Shown here in pieces: positions 43,845 through 59,020 of a stretch of DNA of 64,000 nt; the first letter of the stretch is position 1, and each line of letters opens with the position of its first letter. The DNA is from the human T2T-CHM13v2.0 reference genome, Homo sapiens. The position numbers and the translations under genes are program-made. The stretch lies in NCBI RefSeq assembly GCF_009914755.1, contig NC_060935.1. One strand, written 5' to 3'. Below the pieces are notes generated by a model. That model was not told the DNA's origin. It worked only from the letters and a program-made list of their open reading frames with translations, and did not search any database.

Positions 43845-46800
43845 ACATTAATTAATTTTTAAATTTGAGCTTGCCTTGCACAACTAGAATAAATCCCTTT
43901 TGATCATTGTAAATAATTATCTTTATATGTTGTGCATTTGACTTGTTTGTATTTTATTGAGAAATTTTGCCTGTATATTCATGGGAGATATTTGTCTGTA
44001 ATATGTCTTTTATAATGATTTTATCCAGTTTTGATATTAAGGTAATGCTAATCATGGAATGAGTTAAAAAGTATTCCCTCTGTTTTTATTTTTCTGGAAG
44101 AGATAGTAGAGAAGTAGAGTCTTGGTATCATTTCTACCTTAATTATTTGGTAGAATTCATTAGTGAAACTATCTGAGCCTATTTGTTCCTTATTGCAAGC
44201 TTATTAATTATTGATTTATTTTATTTACTAGATATAGGACTGTTAGATTATCTGTTTCTCTGTGAGTTTTGACAGTTTGTGTCTTTCAAGGAAATAATTT
44301 ATTTTATCTGTTATCAAATTGAGAGTTGTTAATACTGTTTGTTACACTTATTATACGTTTTATTTAAAACGTCCCCTCTTTTTCTGATTTCTCTTGTTTT
44401 GAGTATTTTATAATTCCATTTTCTCTCCTCTCTTAGCATATAATTATATTTCTTAAAAAAAAAAACCCTATAGTGTCCTAGAGTTTTTGATATACATTTA
44501 AAATTAACCTAAGTCCACTTCTCTAATAAAACTTTGTCACTTCAGGTATAGCATTTTCAGGTGCCTTATACCACAGTATTCCTGTTCTTTCATCCAATCC
44601 CTTGTAACATTGTTGCCATTCATTTCATTTATCCATATACTATAATCACCCGGTACATTGTTGGTATTATTAATTCGAACAAATTGGATAAATAAGAATG
44701 GAAAAGGTAGATTTTATTTTACCTTCTTTTTTTCTTTAATATTCTTCCTTTCCTTGTGTAGATATATTTCTCATCTGTGTATCATTTTTCTTCCTTCTGA
44801 AAGACTCTTTTTATCTTTCTTGCAAGGCAGATCTACAGGCAACAAATTCTCATTTTTTTGTCCAATAAATATTTATTTGTCATTCACTTTTAAAGAAAAA
44901 ATTTATGTTACAGAATTCCAGATTGGGTACTTTATTTGTTTGTTTTCCTTTCAACTCTTTAAATGTTTTTCTCCCGTCTCTTTTTGCTAGTATTTTTTCC
45001 AGAAAGAAGTCCAAAGGAATCCATACCCTTCCTCCTTTATAGATAAGGCAGCTTCCCTTCCCCTACACAGATTCTTTCAAGATTTCAGTTTGCCTTTCAT
45101 TTCCTGCAATTTAAATATGATATGTTTCTATGTAGATGTTTTGATATTTATCCTACTTGTCCTTAAGCTTCCTGATTCTGTGGTTTAGTGTCTGTCATTA
45201 CTTTTGTAAAATTCTCAGCCGTTCTATTCTCTTTTGATAATTGCATTACGCTTATGTTCCATCTTTTTAGTTATCCCATGATTCTTGAATATTGCCTACT
45301 GTCTTTCTTAATTTCTTTTTCTCTTTGCTTTTTAGTTTAAAAAATTCTACTAATATATTTTCAGGTTCAATGATTTTTTCCTTTGTCATGTCCAGGCTAC
45401 TGATGTACCTATCAAAGGCATTCTTCATTTGTGTTACAGGATTTTAAATTTCCAGTATTGCCTTTTGATATCGCCTTATAATTTTCAAATTTCTTTTTAT
45501 ATTACCTGTTTATTCTTGTGTGTTGCCCATTTTTTACATTAGTGCCCTGAACATATTAATTATAGTTTTTTGTTTGTTTAAATTCCCTCTTTGATCATTC
45601 CAAACTCCTTGTCATATCTGGGTTTGGTTCTGATTTTTGCTTTGTCTCTTCATCCTGTTTTTCTTGTCTTTAACATATAATATTGAAAGCTGGACATGAT
45701 GTTTGAAGAAAAAGAAACTAAGATTGTTAGGCTTTTAGTGTAAAGTTTTATGTTAATCATTGTAGGAATTAGATTGTTTTTACTGTTTGGTTTTGCTTTC
45801 TCTAAGAACTCCTTCTTAATAAAATATTTCTTATGGCTTCTCAGTTACAAGCTGTTTTTATACTAGAGACCTGTTTTATATGTTGGGTAGGTGTTGGGAA
45901 GTTAAAATGTTCTATAAACTTATGATCTTATGATTATATCTCAGTTTCAGTGGGTCTGAGCCCCTAGCCTGTGACTCTCAAAAGCATTTACTAGACTTTA
46001 TTTTTTTAATCCCCTCACGTGAGACTAGAAGTATAGAGGAAACTAGAGTTGTCTAATTGCCCTTCCCTTAGGTCAAACAAGACTCTAGTAAAGTAGTTTA
46101 CCTTAGAGGACAGCCTTTTAATATGCTTTGGGTTTATTTCCAGATGGTTACTTTCTTCTACCTTGCCTGAGCTATTAGAATATTTTTCAGTGATATTCAC
46201 CTTGAGTACCTGGTAGGGCTTCTGGAGTGGGGCCCTGCCTAATACTGTGCCCCCAGAAGTTTTCAAATCTCAAGCTGGTCCATATTCAGCAGACAGAAAT
46301 TCATCAAAATTAACCATTTTAGCGTTCTTACCACTTAACCTGCTCCAGAGGGCTCTTCTTCAGGTAAGCTGATCTCAGCTGCAATTCTCTGTGTTTGCCT
46401 CTCCTTCTCTATTTTAGAGAAGCAGATTGCCCTGTGACCTCAATTCTCTTACGTATTTAAGAAAAGTCATCGATTTTCAGTTTGTTCAGCATTTTCCTTC
46501 TAAAGATGAGAGTAATGATTTCCAAGCTCTTAACAAGTTGGAGCTGAAACTGTAAGTCCTTAAATTGCTTTTTTCAGAGCAGTGTTTTTCCAGAAATTAA
46601 TTTGTTTTCCAAAAACCTTTTCTGCATCTATGAAGATGATCATTATTCTCTTAATGAAGGGAATTATTGATTTATTTTTAAAATATTAAACCTTGAGTCA
46701 GTAGAATGAACCTCTCCTAGTAATAATGTAATGTTGGCTTGTTTTCTACATGATAAGCCAGATTTTCTAATAGTTTATTTAGATTTTTTCATTTATATTT

Positions 46801-47045
46801 CTGAGAGAGATAAGCCTCTGATTTCCTTTCTTGTAATGTACTTACCATATAATGGTATATCATGGTTTCATAAAATATTTTGTGACTTACTTCTTTTTCT
46901 GTTCCCTGAAAAAAAACTGGGTAAAATTGCTGTTATTTCTAACTTAATTGTTTAGAATAATTCATCTTGGCATGGAAGTTTCTTCAAAAAAATTGTTCTA
47001 ATGAAAGATTCAATTTCTTTAAAAGATAAAGGAATACTCAGATTT

Positions 47046-47346
47046 ATTATCATTATTATTATTGAGACAGGGTCACACTCCAATGCCCAGGCTGGGGTGC
47101 AGTGGCATAATCACAGGTCACTGCAGCCTTGACTTCCCAGGCTCAGGTGATTCTCACATCTCAGTCTCCTGAGTTGCCAGGACTACAGACACACACCACC
47201 ACGCCTCGGCTAATTTTTGTATTTTTAGTAGAGACAGGGTTCCACCATGTTGCCCAGGCTGGGCTCGAACTCCTGGACTCAAGCAATCAGCCCACCTCAG
47301 ACTCTAAAAGTGCTAGGATTAGAGGCATGAACTACTGCACCAAGCC
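47046..47346 (-). mobile_element. Alu SINE (AluJ-like)
   Basis: GAGACAGGGTCACACTC, CACTGCAGCCTTGAC and CTCCTGGACTCAAGCAATC are AluJ features; TSD A(C/G)TCAGATTT. Confidence 0.92.
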
Positions 47347-47645
47347 AGTCAGATTTTTACTTATTGTACTCATTTTTATAAATTATGCTTTTAAAGAAAG
47401 TTTTTTTAATTTATTAACAATTTTAAGTTTACTAACATATTTTTGTTTATAATATTATTTTGACAATTTTCACTTTAGGATATAAAGTAACATTTTTTTC
47501 ATTCTTGAGCTGGGAAACTTATCTTTCTGTTTTCCATTACTTAATCAATATCACTAAGGTTTTACAAATTGTATTAATCTCTTTATAGATTGACCAGCTT
47601 TAGACTTTTTATTTTATTGATATCTGCTTTTACTTTTATTATGTC

Positions 47646-48018
47646 TGTGATGATTGTTTGTTTGTGTCAATATGGCTGTGCCACGGGGCCCAGATATTTT
47701 TGTAAAACATTATTTTGTATGCTTCTGTGAAGCTATGCTTTGAATGCGATTAACATTTAAATTGGTGGACTTTGAGTAAAGCCAGTTACTTTCCATAATG
47801 TGAATAGACCTTATTCAATCAACCGAAGGCCTAGGTTGAACGCAGACTGACTTCCCATGAGCAAGGAGAAATTTTGTCAGCAGAGTGACTTTGGACTCTT
47901 TTCGGGGGTTCCAGCCTGCAAGCGACCCTGCAGATTTTACACTTGTACTCCACAATCCGCAACCTCCCTCTATGCCTCTCTCCCAGCTCTTCTTACCTGA
48001 AGAACCCTGCCTAAGATA
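47646..48018 (+). mobile_element. MLT2 (C/D-like) solo LTR
   Basis: TGTGATG...GATTAACATTTAAATTGGTGGACTTTGAGTAAAGC...GAAGAACCCTGCCTAAGATA. Confidence 0.82.
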
Positions 48019-49490
48019 ATATCCTTCCTTTTACTTTCTTTTAGTTTATTTTACAGTTCCTTTTCTACCTACTTGAGATGTTAAAACATTCATTTTCATT
48101 GTTTCTTCTTTTTCTAATATGTGAGTGTAAATTATCCTAAAATAACTGTTAGCTGCATTTACATGTCTTATATGTCATATCTTGATTGTTACTTAGTTTA
48201 ACATATGTCCTTTTTTCTATTGTGATATTTAAATTGTGAGTTATGTAGCAGTATATTAATTTTTAAATATTTGAACATTTTCTAGTTAGCTTTTAAAAAA
48301 TTGTGTTGCTAAATTCTGCTCACATTTTAAGCTGTGTTATTAGATGTGTACATATATAGAATTGTTATATCTTTCTCTTAAATTTTTATTTAATTATGTA
48401 GTGACCCTCTAAACTCTATGCATTCCACAATAAAGTATATTTTATCTTACTAATATAGCTATACCAAATTCATTTTGTTCAATATTTGCTTGGTATATAT
48501 TTTTCTACTATGGACATAGTAGATATACTATGGACAAGTAGTAGATATACCATAATTTCCAGCATATCTATAAAAAGAAGTTGCATCTCTTGAAAGCAGC
48601 ATGTAGTCATAGTAATTGCTGTTCTTTAAGTCAGACCATTTTACATTTTAATTATGACCTTCAGTTGGATTTATACCTACCATTTATCATTTGTTATTTG
48701 ACCCACATATTTTATATTTCCTTTTTCTCTTCTTTGATGCTTTCTTTTGGGTTAAAAACTATTTACTATTGCTCTATTTTCTCCCCAGTGAGCTAGCTAG
48801 ACATATTTAATATTATTTCATGAGTGTTTATTCTAGGGCTTATCATATGAATCACTTATTCATTAGTGTTTAATATATATTAGTGCCATAACCAATTATT
48901 GGGCAATTCAAATATCTTAAAAAGCTTTAACACTAGTTATCCCTCTTTTGCCTTCATTTTTATTTTCTTTAATTATCCATATATTTTAGACTACACCGAG
49001 TATCATTGTTATTGTTTCGTTCGGTGAAATTTTCATTAGATTCATTCACCTATTTTCACTCTTTCATACTCATTTTTCTTATTTTATTTACATGCTTTCT
49101 GCTGTATCATTTTCCTCATTCCTGATGATCTTGATATAGTATTTATCTTATGAAAGGTATACTAGCTTTTCATGAATGTTTATTTACCTAGAAGCATCTT
49201 TATTTTACTTCAATTTTAAAGGATAACTTTACTGGGTATAGAACTCTAGGTTGACAGTTATTTTTCTTCAGTATATTAATAATATCATTCCTTTATCTTC
49301 CTGCACCCTTCGTTTCTACTAAGAAGTGGACAACTCTCAGTCATACTGTTGCCCTTTAAATGTAGTATGCTTACCACCATAACTACTCTCAGCCTCTTTT
49401 AACACTTTTAATTTCTGCTTTGAGTTTTTTGGCAGTTTTAATTATACATGCTCAGGTGAGGTTTTATTAATATTGACTCTGTTTAAAGGT

Positions 49491-49858
49491 TGCTATGATC
49501 TGAATGTTGGTGTCCCCCCAAAATTATTTGTATGTTGAAACCTAACTCCCAGAAATTTGGTATTAAGAGGTAAGGCCTTTGGAAGGTGATTAGGAAATGA
49601 GGGCTCTGTCCTTATGAAAGGTATCAGTGTCTTTATAAGGGAAGTTAGGGAATTTGCCAAATCTTTGCCTTTTTTCCACATGAAGACATGACAATACAAC
49701 ACCATCTATGAAGCATAGCACCCTCACCAGATTCTAAATTTGCTGGTGCTTTGATCTTTGACTTCTCTGCCTCCAGAACTTTGAGAAATACTTTATTTGT
49801 TGATTATAAATAACCCAGTCTAAGATATTTTCTTATAAGAGCCTTAACTAATGGAACA
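49491..49858 (+). mobile_element. MLT1A-like solo LTR
   Basis: TGCTATGATCTGAATGTT...GGCCTTTGGAAGGTGATTAGG...GCCTCCAGAACTTTGAGAAATA. Confidence 0.85.
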
Positions 49859-51134
49859 GTCATAAAACTTAATCCTATGGCTTGATTCCCTTCGCCAGCT
49901 TTTTAAAATTTTTAATCATTGTCTCTTCAAATAATGCTATCCTCTTTAGCATTTAGCAGGGGAAAACCTGCACATAGTCCTAGGATCACTTCTTTGCATA
50001 TATCCTCTCCCTGGGAGTCTGTGCTCTCATATCCCAGATGTTCTTGCCCTAATCCTGAATACCTGTAAGTAAATCACATTACATGGCAAAAATGTATATG
50101 TTGCATTTTAGTGCCCTGTAGGAACATTATACTACCTTATATTCTGGAGCTGTAATTGTATACATTAGAAAATTACACTATATCATACATTTTTTATTTC
50201 TTTTTCTCTTATTTTTATAATTTTCTCTTTTCTCCATTATTCGTCATTTTTGTATTCATGCTTTAGTCTGAATATTTTCTATGGCTTCTGGTTCACTAAT
50301 TTTCTCTTCAGCTAGTTCCAATTTGTAATTAAATGTATTTATGAGTTCTTAATCTAATCAGTTATATTTTCAGATATAGACTGTCCATTTAATCTGTTTT
50401 AATCAACTCTAGTTATATAATTTAAAATTATCCATCTAATTTTCTTGAGCAAATTCATGGTAATTTTTTTTCTTCTTAAGTTTACATCTTCATAATTCCA
50501 ACACCTGAATTATATGTGGCTTGTTACCATGGCCTGTTTTATCTTGATAAGGTTTTTTGTTACAACTGGTAATTTTTTCTTGGAGACTACATATTATGTT
50601 TGGATGGATTTAAGAGGCTTTGGATGATGCTGTTCTCCAGAGTGTGTCCTCTATCCTCTGGAAAACACATTGATTGGGAGCAAATCATCTCAATGCAACC
50701 ATGGATTGAGCTGACTAAACCAGACTATGGTCTTTGTAACTTTTTATCTACTTTTGTTTTAATCCCAAGCCTAAGGTGTAGACCCTAGAGGTTCTACCTT
50801 AAAACCCAGAATATTTACCACTGCCTCTCTTCCTCTAATTTTTATCTTTATAGTTCTGAAAAACTATAAAAAGTCTCCTAACTCTTCAGTTACTTGTTTA
50901 AACTTTCATTTCAAGAATAGCAATACATCTAGGGAAAAACCTGCAAATAGTGCTAGGATCACTTCTTGGTATGTATCTTCTCCCTAGGAGTCTGTCCTCT
51001 TATATACCTCAGATATTCTTGCCCTCATCCCCAGAACCTGTACATAAATCATATTACATAGCAAAAATTTACATGTTGCATTTATAGTGTAATGCCTTGT
51101 AGGAATTATACTGCCTACCACATAGAGGTACAGA

Positions 51135-52090
51135 GATCAACTTCTGGAAAGATGAGGACCTCCGTATAATTGCTCTCCCTCTAAAGCAATGAAAATGCAG
51201 ACCAAACTACTAAAAGTGTATAATTTCAGAACTTTGGCAAAAAACAAAGGCCACTGAAAGAACTGAAAATCATCTATCTAAGAGAAACTACCAAAACTTG
51301 ATGACACAGTGGGGTGTGTGAAGTTTGAAGTTGGAGCTGTATGCGTCCCCCATCTCTTCCCAGCTCTGTCATTTGGGAACCACCCAAAGGCCAGCAGCAC
51401 TGTGGACAATAGAGAAAGCTGATTGCTTTTGGCGTTTCTTTTAAAGCACAGTCCTCAGAACACAGCCAATATATTGTCAGACTTGGAAGTTCCCTGGGAA
51501 ATGCGTGTGGTGGTTATCTCATTTGACTCAAAGCACAGCTCAGGTGGTGGTAGAGAGTTTATCCTCAGGGCATGGCAGAGTACTGACAACATCTCAAGTC
51601 CCCACAGTTGTGATTTCAGTTGGGGCAACTGAGAGCTTGCCTGGGAACTTTGAATAGAAATCCTAGAGACATAAACATGCATAGGGGACTTTAAAAATTA
51701 TAGCATATTTCTAGAGATCGAACAATGTTAAAACTCCAGCATATTCCTAGAAATATAAATGTCTGCCCAAGACTTTTTGCATGCCCAGGAAACAGAGAAG
51801 ACCTGGGAAAGGAGAAAACAACCGTCACTCACCTCTCACTTACCTTGAAGCCATGTGCAAGAAAAAAGCAAAAGCTAAGTGAGAGCAAACTTCTCTTGGA
51901 AGTTTCAAATTGTGTCTTTGCATACAGGTCCATTTGAAAAAAGGAAGAAGACATATAGACAAGACTTCAAGGAAATCTTATGAACAATCATTGTTTGGTT
52001 GACCTAGGTATGAGTCCTCAGAGGCCAGGCTTAAAAATAAAAACAAAAAAAATAAATAAAATAACAATAAAGCTTACAGAGAATCAGTGG
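51135..52090 (+). mobile_element. Old L1M 5'UTR fragment
   Basis: ACTTCTGGAAAGATG...AAAGCAATGAAAA...TTTCAGAACT resembles L1M 5' ends. Confidence 0.55.
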
Positions 52091-52269
52091 CCTTATGATT
52101 ACTTGTGTCCTTGAAATAATCAGCAAAGCTAAATGCTAGATAAGATCTCTCATTTTTGTGAATCTGATTTGGCAGTTCAATCCTTTGTGCTAACAGATGA
52201 GAAGGTCCTGAGATGTGGAAAAACCTAAGTAGATTTGGGAAAATGCTTAATGTAGTTAGAACTAAAAAT

Positions 52270-53250
52270 TGAAGATAGGAGCAGCCTAAGATGAATCAAG
52301 AGAATAAAGGAGGGGTCACACATAATGAGTCTTAATGCAATAATAAAATGTTTGAACTTTATCCTAAAGGCTAAGAACTCATTAAAGTGATTAAAAGAAT
52401 GATTAAAAATCATGTGGTTTTTCTTTGTTAAAAAGAATCTCATTGTTTATTGTAAGAATATACTAGATGCATATATGAGACAGGAATATGAGTTAAGACA
52501 TTGTTGCAGCAAATCATGTTGTTGCAGTCAATGAAGGAAATAAATGTGAAAGACCTTACTAGGTTGGCAGTGATAGAACTTTTTAAAATGAATTTGAGAG
52601 CCTATAAGTGATATAATTGAAAAGAATTGATAAGTTGTTAGATAAAGTAGATGAAGGGAGAAGACTCTTTGTGCAGTGTATTAGGCAACTTAGTGAATAG
52701 TGATGCTATTTTCTAACACAGAGAACATGGGAGAAGCTGCAGGTCTGGTGACATGTGAAAGGCAGTAAGTTGAAGTTTGGAAATGTTGAGTTTGAGCTGC
52801 ATGTATGACAAGTACATGGAAATGTATCTTGGGAGGGTAAGGTCATGATGAATTTGGAGTCTGGATGTTCGTTGGACTGAAGACAACAGCCAAAGTCATG
52901 GCACTGAATATAATCAACCAGGAAGAATGCATATAGTTAAGTGGTGGGATTGAGGGGTAGTCAGGGGATAGAAACCTGGGGAGTACAGAGGAAAAACAAT
53001 GGGATAACTGATGTCAGAAAAGCCAAGAAATTAGAGAATTTTAAGGGAATGGTGGTAAACTGTCAATTACTCCATAGACCTCAAATATCTTAAAGACTAA
53101 AAACAATCTCACTTCCTCGACAATAAAAATGTAATTGATGGCTTTTAAAAAGTTGCTTCAAAGAAGTTGTGGGAAGAGAAACTAGAATAGTGAGTGAAAA
53201 CATAGAAAGAAAGGGGTAAAATTTATATCATAAGAAGGAAACTCAGAACA
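52270..53250 (-). mobile_element. L2 LINE remnants
   Basis: TTTGAACTTTATCCTAAAGG...AGTTTGGAAATGTTGAGTTTGAG...GTCAGAAAAGCCAAG are typical L2 motifs. Confidence 0.65.
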
Positions 53251-53781
53251 AATAAAGTTTTTTTGTTTATTTGAAGATAGAAGACAATACCATGAGTTTT
53301 AAAATGCATTTTAAAAATGTGGACAATTACATAATCAATTTTCTTGAAGAACTAAGAAGGGATGGATCCAAGAGAATAGGGATAGATTAGCCTCAGATAG
53401 AGATCTATAATTAGATATGAGGAAAGAGAATGAGGAAGCATTTCTTGTAGATATGGCTGCTTTGGTGGATAAGGTATGAGTATTATGTCCCTTTTGGTTT
53501 CTATGTTGTCTGTGAAGTAGAAAATCAGCACATTTGTCAAGAGTGAGGAAAGAGGTGTTGACATTGGTGGCTTTGTTATTATAATGAAGGTGGGATATAT
53601 TCATTGTGCAGAATGGGAGAGAACTGGATATGAAGGCTGTGTTGAAGGTCCATTGAGTAGGGAGACCAAATAATCATACACATTCTACATTTGAATATTT
53701 CTCTCTGGAAATGTTCAGCAACCCAAGACAAAGGAAGAAAGATATATACTCAGGGTCAATTTCAAATTCTAACTATATAGG

Positions 53782-54207
53782 TGATATGGTTTGAATATTT
53801 GTCCCCTCCAAAACTCATATTGAAACTGAATCCCCAATATGTCAATATTGACAGGTAGGGTCTTTAAGAAGAGATTGGATCATGAGGGATCTGCCCATAC
53901 GTATGGATTAATCCATTCATGAATTGATGGACTAATGGTTAATGGATGAATTATCATGGGAATGGCAGTTATCATGGGAATGGGACTGATGGTTTTATAA
54001 AGAGAAGAGAGACCTGAGCTAGCATGTTCAGCCCCCTCACCATGTGATGTCTTGTGCCACCTTGGGACTCTGCAGAGGCTCTCACTAGATGTTGCCCCTT
54101 GACCTTGGACTTCTCAGCCTTCATAACTGTAAAACTAAACTTATTTTCTTTATAAATTACCCAGTTTCAGGTGTTCTGTTATGAGCAATAGAAAACAAAC
54201 CAAGACA
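53782..54207 (+). mobile_element. MSTC/MSTD solo LTR
   Basis: TGATATGGTTTGAAT...GGATTAATCCATTCATG...GACCTGAGCTAGCA...CCAAGACA; TSD ATAGG/ATAGT. Confidence 0.9.
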
Positions 54208-54599
54208 ATAGTGAAGTATTGATCCCCATACCCCTCCCTGCAATCTAGAATGTAGTGACAGTTTAATGAAGGCAGAGGCATTATATGTTATATTTTGCAT
54301 TTGTATACCTATCACCTAGCATAAAGCCTTGTAGATTCGAGGAATAAAAGAAAAAAAAAAGGAAGGCATGGCCTTTTGGGACACTCAATTATACTCATTC
54401 TAGCCCTTATTTTTGCCACAAACCCCTAGTAAATCGTTTCAGTACATGCTTATTTTCATGTCCTATACTTGAGAAGATACTTGAGAATGTTCACTACTTT
54501 TTGCATACCTGATAATGTATACATTTACATTATATTAATTCACAATTACATAATTTGAACTTGTGATCAATGTTAGCATATTGAGTACCATGCAGGATA

Positions 54600-55090
54600 T
54601 TTTCTGCATCAAGTAACAGAATATTGAGCCAACCATGATTTTAAAAGTAAGGATATGTATCTCACATGATAACATGTCTGGAGATAAATTATGTCAAAGT
54701 TGGTGTACCAAAGATCTATAGATTCAGGCTCCTTTTCGTTCCTCGGCTCCTGTATCATCCTAGGCTTAGTGGCTTTCTGTTCTCTGACTTGTTGCTTTAT
54801 GGTAGCAAGATAAATTTTACAGCTCAAAGCACCATGTACTAAGATAACAATGTCCAAAAATAAGTCAAAGTTTCTATCTCCCACCATTTCTTTCTGAGGA
54901 ACAAAAATCTTCCCTAAACTGTAGTAGACTTTCCCAGAGGTCCCATTGGCCAGAGTTGGATGACATTTTTGCTAAAATGGAGGCTAAGAAATCAGATATC
55001 TGGCATTGTTGGCCTCCGTTATGGGAGACCACTTTGTAATAAGGAAGAGGGATCAGGAAAAGATGGCTATGAAGGCAGCCTGGAGATCTT
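54600..55090 (-). mobile_element. Old MLT1 (K/L-like) LTR
   Basis: CAAGTAACAGAA...CTCACATGATAAC...GTCCCATTGGCCAGAGTTGG. Confidence 0.6.
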
Positions 55091-55743
55091 ATGCCCCATA
55101 CTCAATACACATCTCCTGGAAGTTAACACCCTCAGCAACCTCAGAATCATGGATAGCAGTTTGGTCCTGCCTTCTACCATATGAGGCCAATGTTCCCTCC
55201 TTCTCAGCCTTCCTTTTGGTCTCTGGCTACCCCACAGCTTTTATTGGGATACCCAAAACCGTGAAGTAACCCAAGTTCTAAGATTACACCTCACTCTACC
55301 AGAGTCTTCTCAAACAAAATTTGCATTCCAGGAGGTGTTTAGCCAACTGAGATAACTAACCCATGCTTAAAAATGCAAGAGATAAAGGCTTGACTTTCTT
55401 CCAAGGACACTTTTTCAATTTGAAAGAGAAGTTTTTTTCATCCAATTATTGTATAATTAGGTTAAGTTTGGATAAGGAATTTTGAACGTGGAGCATTAGA
55501 GCTAGAGTGTATTGGGGGTGTTTGTCTCCCTTTGGGGCCTAATTGTCTGTTACTAATGTTTTATGAGAGGTTGAGTAACAAGGAGGACTGTACCTACCTA
55601 CTTCCCTCCTCTCTACTCTCTACCCCGTTATATGACACACTACCCCTTATATCACATGCATAAAGACACACAAACCTTTGGACAGCAGAGAATGCCTCCA
55701 GTGATGGAGGTTAAGCTATAGCACAGTTTTTAAGATTCTGTTA

Positions 55744-56114
<371 letters not shown>

Positions 56115-56428
56115 CTAGAAACTATGAGACCTTCTCCTGCAATGAAGCTGAAGGTTCACTGGGCCCTTCCCAGAGGTGTGTGGATTTCCATCAACTCCAG
56201 TTTGTTTCCTAAAAGAATAATTTTCTAATTCATCATTGTTTAAGGTCCAAAACAGCATTACCATCATTGTCATTTTTACTAAATACTGAATATATTTCTG
56301 TCTTCAGTTCCCATCTTTCAAAATATTGTATTTGGTTCTTCCTTAGGACAGGGCTGCAATGATCATAGGAATGAAAGGGCCAAAATATTTACACGAGAAT
56401 GTGGTGAAGAACTACATACACTCTAGTA

Positions 56429-56795
56429 TGAACGCTACTCAACTTATGATGAGGTTATGTCCCAATAAACCCATAGTACATTGAAAATATCTTAAATCAA
56501 AAATGCATTTAATAACCCTAACCTACCAAGCATCACAGCTTAGCCTAGTCTAACTTAAACATACTCAGAACACTTATATTAGCCTACATTTGGGCAAAAT
56601 AATATAAAACAAAACCTATTTTATAATAAAGTGTTAAATATCTCATGCAATTTATTGAATACTGTAATGAAAGTGAAGAACAGAATAGTTGTATGGGTAC
56701 CCAAAATATGGTTTCTAATGAATGTGTATTGCTTTCACACAATTGTATAGTCAAAAAATCGTAAGTTGAACCAATGTTAGTTAAATCAGGGACCT
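56429..56795. mobile_element. MER47A (TcMar-Tigger) DNA transposon
   Basis: CTCAACTTATGATGAGGTTATGTCCCAATAAACCCAT...GCTTAGCCTAG...CGTAAGTTGAACCA. Confidence 0.88.
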
Positions 56796-57552
56796 TTTTT
56801 TTGTACTGTCATCTTGCACGTATACTCTTGATAGGAAAACAAATAAACCATTTTTCTTTGTGCATCATCAAAATTTCCTTATTTTGTTTCTTTCTAAACA
56901 CTATCTTTTCTGCAGTAGCTTCATGAACTTCAAGTTTAAAAACAATATGTAATAGAGCTGAAATCTTATAATTCCTTCCCTAGTCACACCTGCTCTGTGT
57001 TGTTTTGTCAAGCCCACCAATGAATTATCTTGATTGGACTGAAACAATATTTTACGTAGCGCAGGTCCTAAACACCCACACTCAGCAAAGTACCCTGAGC
57101 AGAGTAGGAGCTTACTCAGACAATTATCTGAAGTGGAAGAGGGTGATGACAGTGACACTACATTAACCTGACTGGAGATATTGGATAAAACACATATGCA
57201 TAGCTCCCCAGTTCTGGCTGAATATCTTTCTAACCACCAGCCACTATGCCTTCAGGTGACTACCCAGCCAATCTGAGAAACAGTACTTAGAGCTAAGCGC
57301 AAGATGTGAAGATCTACTCTCAGATTAAGAAGCAATTACCTGCTCTATCTGCAAATGTGGGATCTAGAAAATATTTTTTTAAATCTTTATATGTTGTTTT
57401 TAATCAATGACTTTGTTTTACCTGAGATATGAAACTAATTCGCTTTGTGATTTAGTAAGGGGCAGATTAAAAAGCTCAGTCAGAAACACATTAATTCTCT
57501 CCCAGGTATAAAGCCATGGGAAGAAAACTGCTAAGATAGTGGACAAGTCTCT

Positions 57553-58342
<790 letters not shown>

Positions 58343-58824
58343 GTCTCAGCAGAGTGTGCAGCATGCACACCATCATTTATCCCTAGAGAAGAAATTTTAA
58401 CTGATTAGATTTTCTCTCAAAAAAAAATTTTCCCCAGCGACTTTAATGTTAATAATGTGCGTATATGGTTTTATTTCTTTGCACCATGTGAACAACTTTC
58501 CAAATACATTATTAGTCCAGGAAAATGGGATACTCCTTTTGGAATGAGGAGTCAACAAGAGAAAGAAAGGTTGGCTGATGAAGGGAAGTCCCATGCACAT
58601 GCAGAGAGGACAGCTGGTGAGCACGGCCTCTTCAGTGAGAGATGCTGAAAAGGGTAAGAGGGTGGGCAGAGATTTCAAGGCTTGTTTCTTCAACGCTAAA
58701 TGAACCTGGCAGCCCAACCCACAATTTGAGTGTGCAGCGCCCATGTAACTGGGTCATTGTCTGGAGCGGCTGTTGGCTATAACCCCAGGGAGTTTCTGAG
58801 CCTGGGGATTTTTACAAAAATAGC

Positions 58825-59020
58825 TGCCATGTATTGGGCTCTTACTGTGTATCAGGTACTATGCTAAGGCATTACCGTGTGTTACTACATCCTAGGCTTC
58901 TTAACAGACTTATGAGAAAGCAGATGAGAGAATGAGGCTCAGAGTGGCTACCTGTCTTTCCAGCACCAGTTAGTGACAGAACCCAAGTTGGAACCCCAGT
59001 TTTAGTCTTTGGCCATGTTA
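58825..59020 (-). mobile_element. MIR SINE remnant
   Basis: TATTGGGCTCTTACTGTGTATCAGGTACTATGCTAAG...CAGATGAGAGAATGAGGCTCAGAG. Confidence 0.7.

Larger units (their letters stand above)
44370..51000 (-). mobile_element. Cluster of old L1M fragments (ORF1/5' and ORF2 pieces) with nested Alu and LTRs
   Basis: T-rich degenerate L1 sequence, e.g. ACTGGGTATAGAACTCTAGGTTGACAGTTATTTTTCTTCAG; internal boundaries not resolved. Confidence 0.7.

Noticed and set aside
53951-53983. 15-bp duplication TTATCATGGGAATGG; similar short duplications near 18116-18150 and 36844-36875
   Set aside because: Ordinary slippage-scale events, the first within an already repetitive part of the MST LTR
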